Part shown: one piece after another, positions 10,565 to 20,162 of the stretch | Numbering within the stretch: position 1 is the first letter of the stretch | How the letters are laid out: each line of letters begins with the position of its first letter | Source of the DNA: a virus | Virus record (IMG/VR): IMGVR_UViG_3300043409_002481 | Location: 11,700-75,699 of that record | Length of the DNA: 64,000 nt | Strand: one strand, 5' to 3' | Position numbers and translations under genes: made by a program | The notes under the pieces: generated by a model | The model's input: the letters and a program-made list of their open reading frames with translations, nothing else | Told to the model about the DNA's origin: nothing | The model's database searches: none

Positions 10565-11317
10565 ATGAAATCTTATATTGTTGTGGCTACATCACAGCCA
10601 CAATCTCAGCCTCAGCCTAATGGCTTACCCTCGCAAGGGATAGATCCTTTGTTTATCTATATAGCTGGGCTTCTAACTACTGGACTCGCAGGATTTGGGG
10701 CGTTTTTACTCAAAGCTGGCAATAGTGATGTGGTATCAAAAACTGTTGCGGCAAAAATTAATCAAAAACAAGCGGAAACCAATGCAGAGGTTGCTGAGAA
10801 GCTTACTGATATTAATATTGAGAAGCAAATAGAAGAAAGCCGTATCGATCAAGCAGTAGCACTCGCGGAAATCGCGAAAGCTGGGGTAAGCCATTCGGCT
10901 GATACAACTAATTATTTACTCAGATTGGCTGAAGGGGCTTTAAACTCATCGGCTGCTAACGCTCAATCAACACAGGCATTATCAAGGGCTAGCGAATCGC
11001 AAGTACAAGCAACTGAAGACTTGATCAAAGCCACGACACACAACAGCGAAGCTTTAAAAGCCCTAAAAGAGGCAATAGAGGCAGTCCCAAAAGAGACAGC
11101 CTCTATACTAGAAATCCATGCAGCGGAATCAAGAATTGCTTTAGATAATATTGATCGTAGGATTGAGGAAAGCAATCAAATCAAGCATGAAGGTTACGAG
11201 CGAATCGAGAAAATTATCCACATAGCAGAAACCCGCATCATCGAACAATACACAGGTACGATCGCCCAGTTGCGGGTTGAGATAAAGGATTTAGAGAAAG
11301 TGGTTAAAGGTCAATAA
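10565..11317 (+). CDS. Membrane-anchored coiled-coil protein (possible lysis accessory/holin-like)
   Basis: One TM helix (LFIYIAGLLTTGLAGFGAFLL) then a coiled coil, at the end of the tail module. Confidence 0.45.
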   Translation: MKSYIVVATSQPQSQPQPNGLPSQGIDPLFIYIAGLLTTGLAGFGAFLLKAGNSDVVSKTVAAKINQKQAETNAEVAEKLTDINIEKQIEESRIDQAVALAEIAKAGVSHSADTTNYLLRLAEGALNSSAANAQSTQALSRASESQVQATEDLIKATTHNSEALKALKEAIEAVPKETASILEIHAAESRIALDNIDRRIEESNQIKHEGYERIEKIIHIAETRIIEQYTGTIAQLRVEIKDLEKVVKGQ

Positions 11318-11339
11318 AACGCAAATACTAGGATGCTGC

Positions 11340-12047
11340 TCATAACTCAATAGATTGGCTAGGATCGAGCTTACAGATAGCATCGTAAATGACGCGCTTA
11401 ATCAGGGTTAGAGCGCCGCCCCATTTCTGGATTGGTACTGATTCCCATGCTTTCAGCATACGCATAATGCTTGTTAGCTCTGATAGGCGATCGCTTTCGG
11501 AGCGAGTGAGGTTGTCTTCTAGGATTTGAGTCTGTTGATATAGCTTTTTATATTCAATCGTGCTACCTCTCAGAGCCGCGTCTCTTCCATCGATCTGGAC
11601 TTTGGCATCAGAACTAACAGTCTCTAAAGCTTCTCGCAGTCTTTCGATTTCTTTGTTCTTAGTGGTTAATTCTGCACATGCGGAATAAGCACCATCACAA
11701 ATTGCCTTCCAATTTGTGATTTGATGCCTCAACTCATCGCACTCATTTAACGCCAATTTAAGGCTGTGCTGTAACGCGATTGTGGGATCGGGAATGGGGA
11801 GAAGGAATTCAGCTAACTTATCAGCACAGTACGCAGAGAAATCAATATCACTAGCATTGCTAATATCTGTTACAAACGCACCAACAAGCCAAAATTCATC
11901 ACAATACTGCGATGCTGTAAAAAGCCCAGATTCTCCACCGCGTTCTAATGTTAATTTCACAGGAATTGATTGCCCTTCCTTCAAAATTCTGTCAGCTAAT
12001 TTGTAATCTGTACTAAATTGATAATATTGGTTATTCATAATATTCAT
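11340..12047 (-). CDS. Hypothetical coiled-coil protein; N-domain related to 18332-18697
   Basis: YQFSTDY...EGQSIPVKL...YCADKLAEFLLP resembles YELSKDH...QGDRLACEV...RCTELNIEFYLP. Confidence 0.6.
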   Translation of the reverse strand: MNIMNNQYYQFSTDYKLADRILKEGQSIPVKLTLERGGESGLFTASQYCDEFWLVGAFVTDISNASDIDFSAYCADKLAEFLLPIPDPTIALQHSLKLALNECDELRHQITNWKAICDGAYSACAELTTKNKEIERLREALETVSSDAKVQIDGRDAALRGSTIEYKKLYQQTQILEDNLTRSESDRLSELTSIMRMLKAWESVPIQKWGGALTLIKRVIYDAICKLDPSQSIEL

Positions 12048-12243
12048 CCATAGTTTGTTTATACCAAGTCCTATCCAATCGCTCGACCATGCTCACCGCA
12101 TAGCAGCGGCGCAACCACGCGATCTTAATCTCTCTCAATCTGCGATCGCGGTATTCAATCTGCGAGTCCACAAATCGCGCATACCAGCGGCAAATAAAAG
12201 CGAAGACGATTAAGGAGATCGGGATTAAAAGTAAATTAGTCAT
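12031..12243 (-). CDS. Small membrane protein
   Basis: N-terminal hydrophobic helix; GGAG RBS. Confidence 0.5.
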   Translation of the reverse strand: MTNLLLIPISLIVFAFICRWYARFVDSQIEYRDRRLREIKIAWLRRCYAVSMVERLDRTWYKQTMDEYYE

Positions 12244-12397
12244 AGCAGCTCCAAATAGTATCGATCGGTTTTCTTGTGGTAGTAATAATGGCTAGATTTT
12301 GGCTTTATTACTATGTTTTGCGGGTTTGGGATTTCCTGTAATTGGAGATAAAGTTTTGATGCTAGTGATCGCGTTAAGGGCGCTTCTGTCATATTTT

Positions 12398-12862
12398 TTA
12401 CGCGGCTTCAACTTGCGACAATTCAGGCAAGGGGAATAGATTTAAGTCCCCTTGCACTGGCAACGAATTATAAAAATCATCCCATTCAGCGATCGCAAAA
12501 TCGCTTAACGCTTCAATCAAATCAGAGTTGCGCTCTACGATTTGATGCGGTAATGAGGGGAAAGATATAGACATTTCACCGCAAGATTCATCATTAAACT
12601 TGAGAGAGAAATTTAACTTGCAAGGCTCTTTAAATTCATCGTAATCAAAAGAGATTTGATTAACGACAAAATCACAGGTTAGCTCTAAAGGGTAATGCCT
12701 CTCAATCAATCCATTTAGGAATTTTTCAACCTCATCAGCCAATGCATCAGAATTAAAGATAAGCCTCTCATGCGTTACCTTTTGGCTGTTGTGGTCAAGG
12801 TAAGAGATCTTAGTTATCAATTTCTCTTTGTCAAATTTAATAGCTGTTAAACGTCGTTTCAT
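12398..12862 (-). CDS. Hypothetical protein
   Basis: 154 aa with AGGAG RBS. Confidence 0.6.
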   Translation of the reverse strand: MKRRLTAIKFDKEKLITKISYLDHNSQKVTHERLIFNSDALADEVEKFLNGLIERHYPLELTCDFVVNQISFDYDEFKEPCKLNFSLKFNDESCGEMSISFPSLPHQIVERNSDLIEALSDFAIAEWDDFYNSLPVQGDLNLFPLPELSQVEAA

Positions 12863-12875
12863 GGTGTTTACTCCT

Positions 12876-14558
12876 TTAAATAATTTTCCTTGCTTCTAGT
12901 CCATTTCTTCCAGCGCTTCGAGTTTCCACATAGCCTTGCTCCTCTAAATACTGAAGATAGTTTTGTACTTCAGAGATCGGCGTTTTATTCCTTTTTAGGT
13001 CAGTGATTGACTCACGAATATGATTATCGCGCTCCCATCCCCTACCATTTAGAAAGTCAACAATTTTTAAAAATATTGGCTCTCTATCTTGCAGAAAATC
13101 AAAGTCAGAGTTATCAACAATCTCGCCAGATTTAACCGTGATTGTGTTGGATGGCTCTGCTAAATCATCAAGGGAGTAGACAGGATCGCCCTTGGTTAAC
13201 TTCGCAAAGTCGCTAGGTTCGCAAAGCAAAGACTGTAAGCGATCGCCATTAAAAAATAGATCGCCACGTCCTAGCAAATCGCGTCCATCGTAAGGGACTT
13301 TACCGAGTAAACACTCAGTATCGCCTTCTTCAAGTACCTTCAAAAGTGCTCTAGCTGGTAGATTAGAGCGAATCTTTTTATCGATCACATCAACAGCTTT
13401 TTGGGTAACGATACCCTCAGAGATTCCAGAAGCCCTAGCCATTTGACCTAATCGAATATTAATATTCATGATTTCAGCCCATTGCGCCTTACCCTCCTTA
13501 TCCTCTCCACAGGCAGATTTAAGATCGCCGTATTCGTCATTTAAGAAGAAAATACGTGGCAACTGCTCAGATTTAGAAACCCTTGCATTGTATTGATCAA
13601 TATTTTCAACCTTATACTCTGCAAACAGCGCATAGCGCCGCATCATTTCAGCTATCAGCCATCTACCAATTAAAATTACTTCTTCAGGTGTGTGGATAAT
13701 TGGGATTAGCAAATTAGCACAATCCTCAAAAGCAAAAAACGATACCCGTTTAGGATCGCAAATTACCACTAAGAACTCTTGAGGCGATCGCCCAATCAAT
13801 AGCGACAATAATAAGCTCTGTAGCCATACAGACTTACCCGATCCTGTAGTTCCAGCCGCTAGGATGTGGCAAGTCTCAGGATGCGATAAATCAATAGATA
13901 CGAGTTTATTGTTAATATCAACACCGATCGCCGCTTCTACTTTTTGACTAGATTTCCAGTAGTCAGAAAATCTAGCAATTTGGCGATCGCTGCGAGGGGT
14001 ATCAATGGCGATCGCACCTTTACTGATAGAGATAATAGGCGGCGAATCAAGGGCTAACTCTAGGTGTAATTCCTTGCCAATCCCTAGCACTTTTTGCGCT
14101 GTGCAATTAGTAGGTTTTACCAATGTGCGAACAAACGATGGAGATTTTAATTCACCAGCAAAATCACACTCTAACTTTTGGTTGTATAGCGCTCTTAGAA
14201 TCGGATGCGATGGAACTGGCTTAACTTGCTCTGCTTGCATCAAAGTTACTTCACGCTTAGGCGGCGCATAGGATACCGCTAAATGATTAGATAAGCCCTC
14301 ATTAGCTCGATTAACAACACTTAGATGGTTTTCACTGGCTAAACTTTGATTAAGTCTTGAGAGCTTAAAACATGTTGCTGTAGCTGCTAATTGAGAGATA
14401 AAGATAAAGCCCTTTGCGAAATCATTGGACTGAAATGGAATAGATAGGAATAGCAAGAAAGCGATAAATGAACTCGAAAGGCTCCCATAGTGAGAATAGC
14501 GCTGAGTAATAAGTACTAGCGCTACCTGTGATACATGGAAATCTTTTGTTAAGTTCAA
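12876..14558 (-). CDS. FtsK/SpoIIIE-family DNA translocase with N-terminal TM helices and C-terminal wHTH
   Basis: HILAAGTTGSGKS Walker A, ICDPKRV, EMMRRY, FFLNDEYGDL Walker B, ARASGI..TQK, LLGRGD. Confidence 0.92.
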   Translation of the reverse strand: MNLTKDFHVSQVALVLITQRYSHYGSLSSSFIAFLLFLSIPFQSNDFAKGFIFISQLAATATCFKLSRLNQSLASENHLSVVNRANEGLSNHLAVSYAPPKREVTLMQAEQVKPVPSHPILRALYNQKLECDFAGELKSPSFVRTLVKPTNCTAQKVLGIGKELHLELALDSPPIISISKGAIAIDTPRSDRQIARFSDYWKSSQKVEAAIGVDINNKLVSIDLSHPETCHILAAGTTGSGKSVWLQSLLLSLLIGRSPQEFLVVICDPKRVSFFAFEDCANLLIPIIHTPEEVILIGRWLIAEMMRRYALFAEYKVENIDQYNARVSKSEQLPRIFFLNDEYGDLKSACGEDKEGKAQWAEIMNINIRLGQMARASGISEGIVTQKAVDVIDKKIRSNLPARALLKVLEEGDTECLLGKVPYDGRDLLGRGDLFFNGDRLQSLLCEPSDFAKLTKGDPVYSLDDLAEPSNTITVKSGEIVDNSDFDFLQDREPIFLKIVDFLNGRGWERDNHIRESITDLKRNKTPISEVQNYLQYLEEQGYVETRSAGRNGLEARKII

Positions 14559-14863
14559 TGCCCTGCTCTCAATGCTTTTTCTAATTTGTGGTTAGCAGCT
14601 TTTAATCCTTCATCTGATACAGATCTAAGCTGCACATCGCTTTTAAATCCAGATTTATCCAGTAATTCACGATGCTTGTCTTCTAGTTGTTTGCGAGATT
14701 CCGAAACCTCTACTACTGCAACTTTAGGTTTGAGATAAGTCTCGTAAGCCCAACTACCAGCAAGCCAAGCAGCAGACAAAACACAAGAACTCATGGCGAC
14801 TAAAAAGGCTGTGCCAATTGCTCTGACATGATTAAGGTTGTGTCTGTGATGAGTTGTAGCCAT
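14555..14863 (-). CDS. Small membrane protein (FtsK operon)
   Basis: One TM helix; overlaps the FtsK start. Confidence 0.6.
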   Translation of the reverse strand: MATTHHRHNLNHVRAIGTAFLVAMSSCVLSAAWLAGSWAYETYLKPKVAVVEVSESRKQLEDKHRELLDKSGFKSDVQLRSVSDEGLKAANHKLEKALRAGH

Positions 14864-15014
14864 CTCGAATATCTCGCAATAATTGATTCTTTTTAAACGC
14901 AGATTTAGATTCCAAAATTTGCTCTGGTTGCGAGTTTAGGATGTAAGCTGCAAAGCCCAAATATCCTAAACTCGCAATAGTTAAAGCCGCTGAGACAATC
15001 TCTTTAATCTTCAT
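14832..15014 (-). CDS. Small membrane protein (FtsK operon)
   Basis: TM helix IVSAALTIASLGYLGFAAYIL. Confidence 0.55.
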   Translation of the reverse strand: MKIKEIVSAALTIASLGYLGFAAYILNSQPEQILESKSAFKKNQLLRDIRDGYNSSQTQP

Positions 15015-15113
15015 GCTCTTGGCAATACTTATCTTGATATTCGTCGGAATCCCAATTTTTGGGAATGCTAATCAAAGCCCCAAAAGCTTGCAGGATTGCA
15101 TTGATAAGCCTGC

Positions 15114-15296
15114 TCATTTTGCCCTCTGTATTTGTGCGGATGTAGGGATAGCAACGAATGCGACAACAATTGAGACGCTTAAAATCGCGCCACAGATAAC
15201 AAGCAAGGCAAGCATCACAATGATCTGATCTTTCTTTTGTAGTCGTCGGATCAGATCTTCGGTAGGAAGCGAGGCTAGATCAGGTGATGTCATCAT
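15114..15296 (-). CDS. Small membrane protein (FtsK operon)
   Basis: TM helix IIVMLALLVICGAILSVSIVVAFVAI. Confidence 0.6.
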   Translation of the reverse strand: MMTSPDLASLPTEDLIRRLQKKDQIIVMLALLVICGAILSVSIVVAFVAIPTSAQIQRAK

Positions 15297-15423
15297 TATT
15301 TTTCTTGCCTCTAAAAAGTAAAATTGGAATCATAATAACTCCAGCGATCGCAGCCGAGATGACGGCGAAAGGCTTGGCGATCGGATTGTGAATTGCGCCA
15401 TCTGATTCTTGGCTGCATCTCAT
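15280..15423 (-). CDS. 47-aa membrane protein (FtsK operon; not in ORF track)
   Basis: Hand-translated MRCSQESDGAIHNPIAKPFAVISAAIAGVIMIPIYFLEARKNNDDIT; TAATG-coupled to the upstream gene. Confidence 0.5.
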   Translation of the reverse strand: MRCSQESDGAIHNPIAKPFAVISAAIAGVIMIPILLFRGKKNNDDIT

Positions 15424-15890
15424 TATTTCAGCGCCCCTAAAGCCTTAAGCTTTGCTTCAACTTCATCCAATTCTGAGAGCTGCTCATCAGTAGCTTCAGA
15501 GCTTTTCTCTAATGCCACTAACTCATCGAATCGGGCTGTAAGTGCTTCGATTTCTGTAGGATTAGGCTCAACAGGGGAAGATGGAATGCACAAGAGCATA
15601 GGCGTATGACTCAGAGCGATCGGACTGTAGTTTTTCGACAAATTGGTAAAAAAATCAGGATCGATCTTTGGCTCTTCTAACGCACTATCGAACTCATCGC
15701 GCCATGCTTCAAATTTAATTCGTTGCACAACTGATCGGGCTTTATTGCGTTGATGGGTGTAAATCATCTCAAGACTACCTTCTAAGCCCTCAATAACGGG
15801 GATAGAGGTACTATTTGCATCTTGAGATGGCTTATCTTGAGATGCTTGATCAGCTTTTACTTCAGCTTTGGTCTTGTATTGAGTGTTCAT
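15423..15890 (-). CDS. Hypothetical coiled-coil protein (FtsK operon)
   Basis: ATGA-coupled to 15887-16129. Confidence 0.6.
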   Translation of the reverse strand: MNTQYKTKAEVKADQASQDKPSQDANSTSIPVIEGLEGSLEMIYTHQRNKARSVVQRIKFEAWRDEFDSALEEPKIDPDFFTNLSKNYSPIALSHTPMLLCIPSSPVEPNPTEIEALTARFDELVALEKSSEATDEQLSELDEVEAKLKALGALK

Positions 15891-16129
15891 AATGATCTTA
15901 AGATCCTTGCTATTTTTGTAGTATTTCTATTTCTCGAAGCGCCAAACGCTCTAGCAGCCTTGATTTGAGCGTTCTCAAGAATAATCTTTAACTCACTCTT
16001 TGTATAAGGTGGGTTGCCGACTCCTGAAAAAACTAAATCGCGCCATCTTTCAAATGTTTTTTGATTTAGTCCGTATGCCCTAATTATCTGCTGAACGCTA
16101 AGCTGTACCTCTGTTTGCGGGTGCGTCAT
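15887..16129 (-). CDS. Putative HTH DNA-binding protein, first gene of the FtsK operon
   Basis: LSVQQIIRAYGLNQKTFERWR, HTH-like. Confidence 0.55.
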   Translation of the reverse strand: MTHPQTEVQLSVQQIIRAYGLNQKTFERWRDLVFSGVGNPPYTKSELKIILENAQIKAARAFGASRNRNTTKIARILRSL

Positions 16130-16159
16130 GGCTTACGTCATGGCTTACGTCATGGCTTA
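16124..16159. repeat. 3x perfect 12-bp tandem repeat CGTCATGGCTTA
   Basis: Copies at 16124, 16136 and 16148; overlaps the start codon of 15887-16129. Confidence 0.95.
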
Positions 16160-16224
16160 TACTACAGCGCTGTAGCAAATAACGTCAAGTGCTATATTTA
16201 TATTTGTTTCTTAAGTGGTAATTT

Positions 16225-16467
16225 ATGGCAGGGCAACCTCGCAACATTAGGATCGATGATGATATCTATAGTGCGCTTATTCAGTGTGTAGCGGCGCGTA
16301 ATGCTAGGTTTGAAGCTGATGGCAGTAAAGAGCGAATCACTATTATTGATTTAATAAATGAGTCTTTGCGGTTACAGATGCCTATACATGTTTGGGATAA
16401 GCTAAATAATCGCGTGACCAAATTAGAGCAACAAGTAAGCAATATTGAGGAGAGATTAGACAAATAA
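16225..16467 (+). CDS. Ribbon-helix-helix-like regulator, divergent from the FtsK operon
   Basis: PRNIRIDDDIYSAL...IIDLINESL RHH-like pattern. Confidence 0.55.
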   Translation: MAGQPRNIRIDDDIYSALIQCVAARNARFEADGSKERITIIDLINESLRLQMPIHVWDKLNNRVTKLEQQVSNIEERLDK

Positions 16468-16897
16468 AAAAGGCGGATCGCTGTAGGGAGTGCGATCCGC
16501 CTTCACATCAAGAAAGTAACAAGTAACAAAGGTAACAATGCTCTTTTAGTATAGCTTTTAAATTTAAAAATAAAACATGCAACTACAATTAACCGAATAT
16601 CAAGTACAAGAGTCTTACCCCGCTCTGCTAGCAAATACCCATGATGTGCGATCGCTGAAAGGCTGTCACAATTGCAGATTTAATAATTGGCGACTCTGCA
16701 CTAAAGTACCGTCTAGGGATAGCGCTAGTTTTTATGCTGCGAACGATTGCCATGATTGGCAAAACAAAAGTACTTAAAAGCTAATCTTGATTTTAACCAT
16801 CGCGATTACTCAAAGCTTTGCGCTGTATAGAAAAAGTGCTTAAACGCTAATCGGTAAAAAGCGAATATTTGCGGATATAGCCAAATGACGGTCAAAT

Positions 16898-16940
16898 AAA
16901 AAAAAGAACTGCTCAAATAATTTGAGCAGTTCTTTTTTTT
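16898..16940. terminator. Bidirectional terminator
   Basis: A-tract gaactgctcaaa-taa-tttgagcagttc T-tract. Confidence 0.8.
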
Positions 16941-17427
16941 ATATTTGCTTGAACGGTCTACCACGTTTTACCGTGCCGTCACCGCTCCTGCTTTTCCCGC
17001 AATGCTTACAGATCCATTGCTGTATGCCTTTGCGTTTGCCGTTGCGTAGCCATTGGTGATCGCATTCTGGGAACTCAAAGAACTCAATCTTAAGACTGAG
17101 TTTTTGAACATATGGCGCAATTACGCGATCGCAATCATTAACTAATAAATCATTGCTGGCTGATGGCTCGATCCCATTACGATAGCTAACCGTAATGTGA
17201 GGTCTGGGCTTGTGGGGAATATTATCAGGCATTAACACAGAGATCGCTTGAATATCCTTATTCCAGATATTAGCGATCGCTGTTGCTTCAAACTCAGTGC
17301 CGACTAGGTGCTTATACTGAATCTTTTCCACATCATAAAACAGGGTGATGTGATGCGGACTGCCGTTTTTGAATATTGGCAGTACTACAAGGGGCGATCG
17401 TAGTACTGCCCAGAGAATACCTTTCAT
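16939..17427 (-). CDS. 2H phosphoesterase fused to a Zn-ribbon and AT-hook
   Basis: Two HxT motifs (HHITL, PHITV); C-terminal CDH...RNGKRKGIQQWICKHCGK and KRGRP. Confidence 0.7.
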   Translation of the reverse strand: MKGILWAVLRSPLVVLPIFKNGSPHHITLFYDVEKIQYKHLVGTEFEATAIANIWNKDIQAISVLMPDNIPHKPRPHITVSYRNGIEPSASNDLLVNDCDRVIAPYVQKLSLKIEFFEFPECDHQWLRNGKRKGIQQWICKHCGKSRSGDGTVKRGRPFKQI

Positions 17428-17801
17428 TAAGCTGCTTTTGCTTTACGCGCTAGCATTTTACGGGGGGGGGTAACAACATTCTGCCATAAGCGGCAAATAG
17501 CCTCTTTTTGCCCCGTAATACGGAATAGATCGCGTCCTTCAGCGCCAAATCCAGCGGCGCTACTCCCAATTTTAAAAAGAATTTGGTATTCATTCTCCCG
17601 ATACCAATAAAGGTTTACGGACAGATGTATATTTCCCTCTAGTGAGAGGGAAAACCCATGGCTACCCCAACAATCAGCGAGACTGCTTAGGCTAGCCAAC
17701 AGCGCCGCGCTGTTGATGGGACTGCCAACAGCGTTTTTTAAGTCGCGTAATATGCTGTCAGGTAGCATAAATGATTCTGCGTTGTCATAGTTATATCTCA
17801 T
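17427..17801 (-). CDS. Hypothetical protein
   Basis: GGAGG RBS and TTGACA promoter upstream; coupled to the 2H gene. Confidence 0.6.
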   Translation of the reverse strand: MRYNYDNAESFMLPDSILRDLKNAVGSPINSAALLASLSSLADCWGSHGFSLSLEGNIHLSVNLYWYRENEYQILFKIGSSAAGFGAEGRDLFRITGQKEAICRLWQNVVTPPRKMLARKAKAA

Positions 17802-18331
17802 TTGTTTTGCGCCTCCCAGCGCTTGACTTGCTTATGTAAATTAAGTTATCAAGTATTTAACTATTTTGTCAAGCATTTAATTAAAATAGTTTTTACTCAC
17901 TAACTCGTACTCGCAACGCGCCGCTAATAAAAACAAACATCGCAACGCCTGAAAGCCTTGATTCCTCGTTGCGATTTTTATTGTGTTTATATGTTTTGTT
18001 GGTTGGCGCATAGCGCCGCTACTTATTTCAAATACTCCTTGTTCATCGTTGGATATTTATCCACTGGTACATACTCGATCACGAACTCCTTCCACGGGCG
18101 CGATCGGTATCGCTCAATGGTCGGTGTTGGTGCGATCGCTAGTTCTTTCTTGGGCGCTGATTTTCTAGCCATTTTCCCTGCCAATCAATTCACAAACCAG
18201 CTCTTCATCATCACTGAAGAAAATATTGAGTCTTGTGCCATCAGTAAAATAAATAACGGTAAAGCCATCTTCACCCCGATTGGCAGATTTAATAACTTTA
18301 CCTACAAGCAATTCGTCAACAGTTGGTTTAC

Positions 18332-18697
18332 TCATAATATAGACTCCACTTTTTTAATTAGTTCATCCAAAGGATCTCCAATGGATTTTTTGATAACTTT
18401 TCTTGCTACTTCTTCAAATAGTTCTGCACTTATCACGATCATATTGTCGTTAAGTGGTAGGTAAAATTCGATATTTAGCTCTGTGCATCGCTTGGCAAAA
18501 AGATCAAAAGTATTTTCTTCATCAGCCAGCCAAGCGTAATTAACACTTTTAGCATTGATGATCATCACTCTAGACTTCCAGTTGTAAGCACTCCCAACAT
18601 CTCTACCTAATCGGCAATCAACTTCACAAGCTAAGCGATCGCCCTGCTGTATCAACTCCCATGCACGTGCATGGTCCTTACTCAGTTCATAAATCAC
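18332..18697 (-). CDS. Hypothetical protein
   Basis: AGGAG RBS; similar to the N-domain of 11340-12047. Confidence 0.6.
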   Translation of the reverse strand: MIYELSKDHARAWELIQQGDRLACEVDCRLGRDVGSAYNWKSRVMIINAKSVNYAWLADEENTFDLFAKRCTELNIEFYLPLNDNMIVISAELFEEVARKVIKKSIGDPLDELIKKVESIL

Positions 18698-18928
18698 AAT
18701 CTCTACTCCTTAACAATTCTGGATAATATCTCTCAACCGCCTTACGCATCCAATCACCTAAATCTGCAAAGGGATCTACTTTTGGCTTAGGCTTAGGCGG
18801 ATCATCGCGGAGTACAACTTTGGTAATGTCAAAGCTCAGTGGTTCGTCCATACTTTTGCTCCATATCAGCTCTATAACAAAGCTCTCTCATGCGCGATCT
18901 CGTTTCTCGCTCGTGCTCAATCATGTAT

Positions 18929-19135
18929 TCAGCAAACGGGACTTTGAGCGATCGCGATCCATAGCAGGATAGCATCTTTGGGGATTGCATCGCGATCAAC
19001 TTTAGTCACGTCAAGAGCAAGAGAGTTTGTGTCGTATTGAGCGACAAATTTAGCATCTTCCCAAGAGTAGGCTTCGTAGTAATTGCGATAACCTTTTTCT
19101 CGATCTTCAACTAGAAAATACTTTGATTTCGGCAT
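18929..19135 (-). CDS. Hypothetical protein
   Basis: AGGA RBS; 68 aa. Confidence 0.5.
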   Translation of the reverse strand: MPKSKYFLVEDREKGYRNYYEAYSWEDAKFVAQYDTNSLALDVTKVDRDAIPKDAILLWIAIAQSPVC

Positions 19136-19202
19136 GTTATAATTCCTTTCAAGTTACTGAACAGGGTATTTATAAGCGATCGCGTGACATGCGATCGCTT
19201 AT

Positions 19203-20162
19203 TTAATTTTTAAAGGTTTCCGCTAATCTTTCTGCGCGTTGCAATAAATTAATTTCGCGATCGCCGAACATCTGATAAATGGCATAAGTCACTATCGGAT
19301 AATGAGAGCAAATGTCACAGAAGGCGATCGCCTTGTCACGGTTAAAAGTTCGGGAATGTGGAAGCATAAACCCACTTAAGTGAACTACAGCAAAATGGTT
19401 AGTCCATTGGAGTTTTACAACTTTCAATCCTTCATTTTGATGAAGGACTGGGTAATGCTTTAACTCGCTATTGACAATGACAAACACATCCTGTTTTGCG
19501 AGGCTGGTACAATCGTTTGCAATTAGCCAGTCGCCAATCCAACTTGCGGTTAGCAAATCTTGCTCTGGCGTGTCTATATCTGGCTCCCACCAGCTAGAGC
19601 CGTAGCAGCCAGAATAAAGCGACAATAGCCAATTTACGGCTTGAGTAATCTCTCCCTGATTATCAAGATCATCGTCAAAAACAGGGGCAAAATAAGGATT
19701 GGCATGGATAACGCGATCGCCTACAAACCAAGTAGCATTTATTCTCTCAACACCAAAAATCGACCCGCTAAATTGGTGATGGTATTTGTGATTCTCTAGC
19801 GATGCTTTTAAGGCGATCGCTGCTTCGCGCCCAATCAGATTAAGCAATGAAAAGAAGGGGTATTTATTCTCTTCCCAATTACTGCGATAAGTACCACTAC
19901 CATTGAGTTCACCGTTATCATCGTAGTAAAGATGTCTGCACAATGGTTCATCACTAGTATGGGTTTCACAAACGTTGCACCATTGGTAATGACTATCGCA
20001 ATCATCACAAATAACGCAGTTTTCAAAATCATAGCTACTGCTTTCGGCTTCAGTGAGTTCACCGCACTGAGAGCATTCTGATGTTAGAGGTATTAGATCA
20101 AAAGCTCTTTGATAAGCAGGACTTAGAGTTATTCTTTGAGAATCACGATTAAATTCAAACAT
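19203..20162 (-). CDS. Cys-rich hypothetical protein
   Basis: Several CxxC pairs; likely start MFEFN with GAGG RBS. Confidence 0.6.
   Translation of the reverse strand: MFEFNRDSQRITLSPAYQRAFDLIPLTSECSQCGELTEAESSSYDFENCVICDDCDSHYQWCNVCETHTSDEPLCRHLYYDDNGELNGSGTYRSNWEENKYPFFSLLNLIGREAAIALKASLENHKYHHQFSGSIFGVERINATWFVGDRVIHANPYFAPVFDDDLDNQGEITQAVNWLLSLYSGCYGSSWWEPDIDTPEQDLLTASWIGDWLIANDCTSLAKQDVFVIVNSELKHYPVLHQNEGLKVVKLQWTNHFAVVHLSGFMLPHSRTFNRDKAIAFCDICSHYPIVTYAIYQMFGDREINLLQRAERLAETFKN

Noticed and set aside
17958-18464. 168-aa plus-strand ORF
   Set aside because: Lies antisense in a minus-strand operon, starts with TTG and has no recognisable motif.
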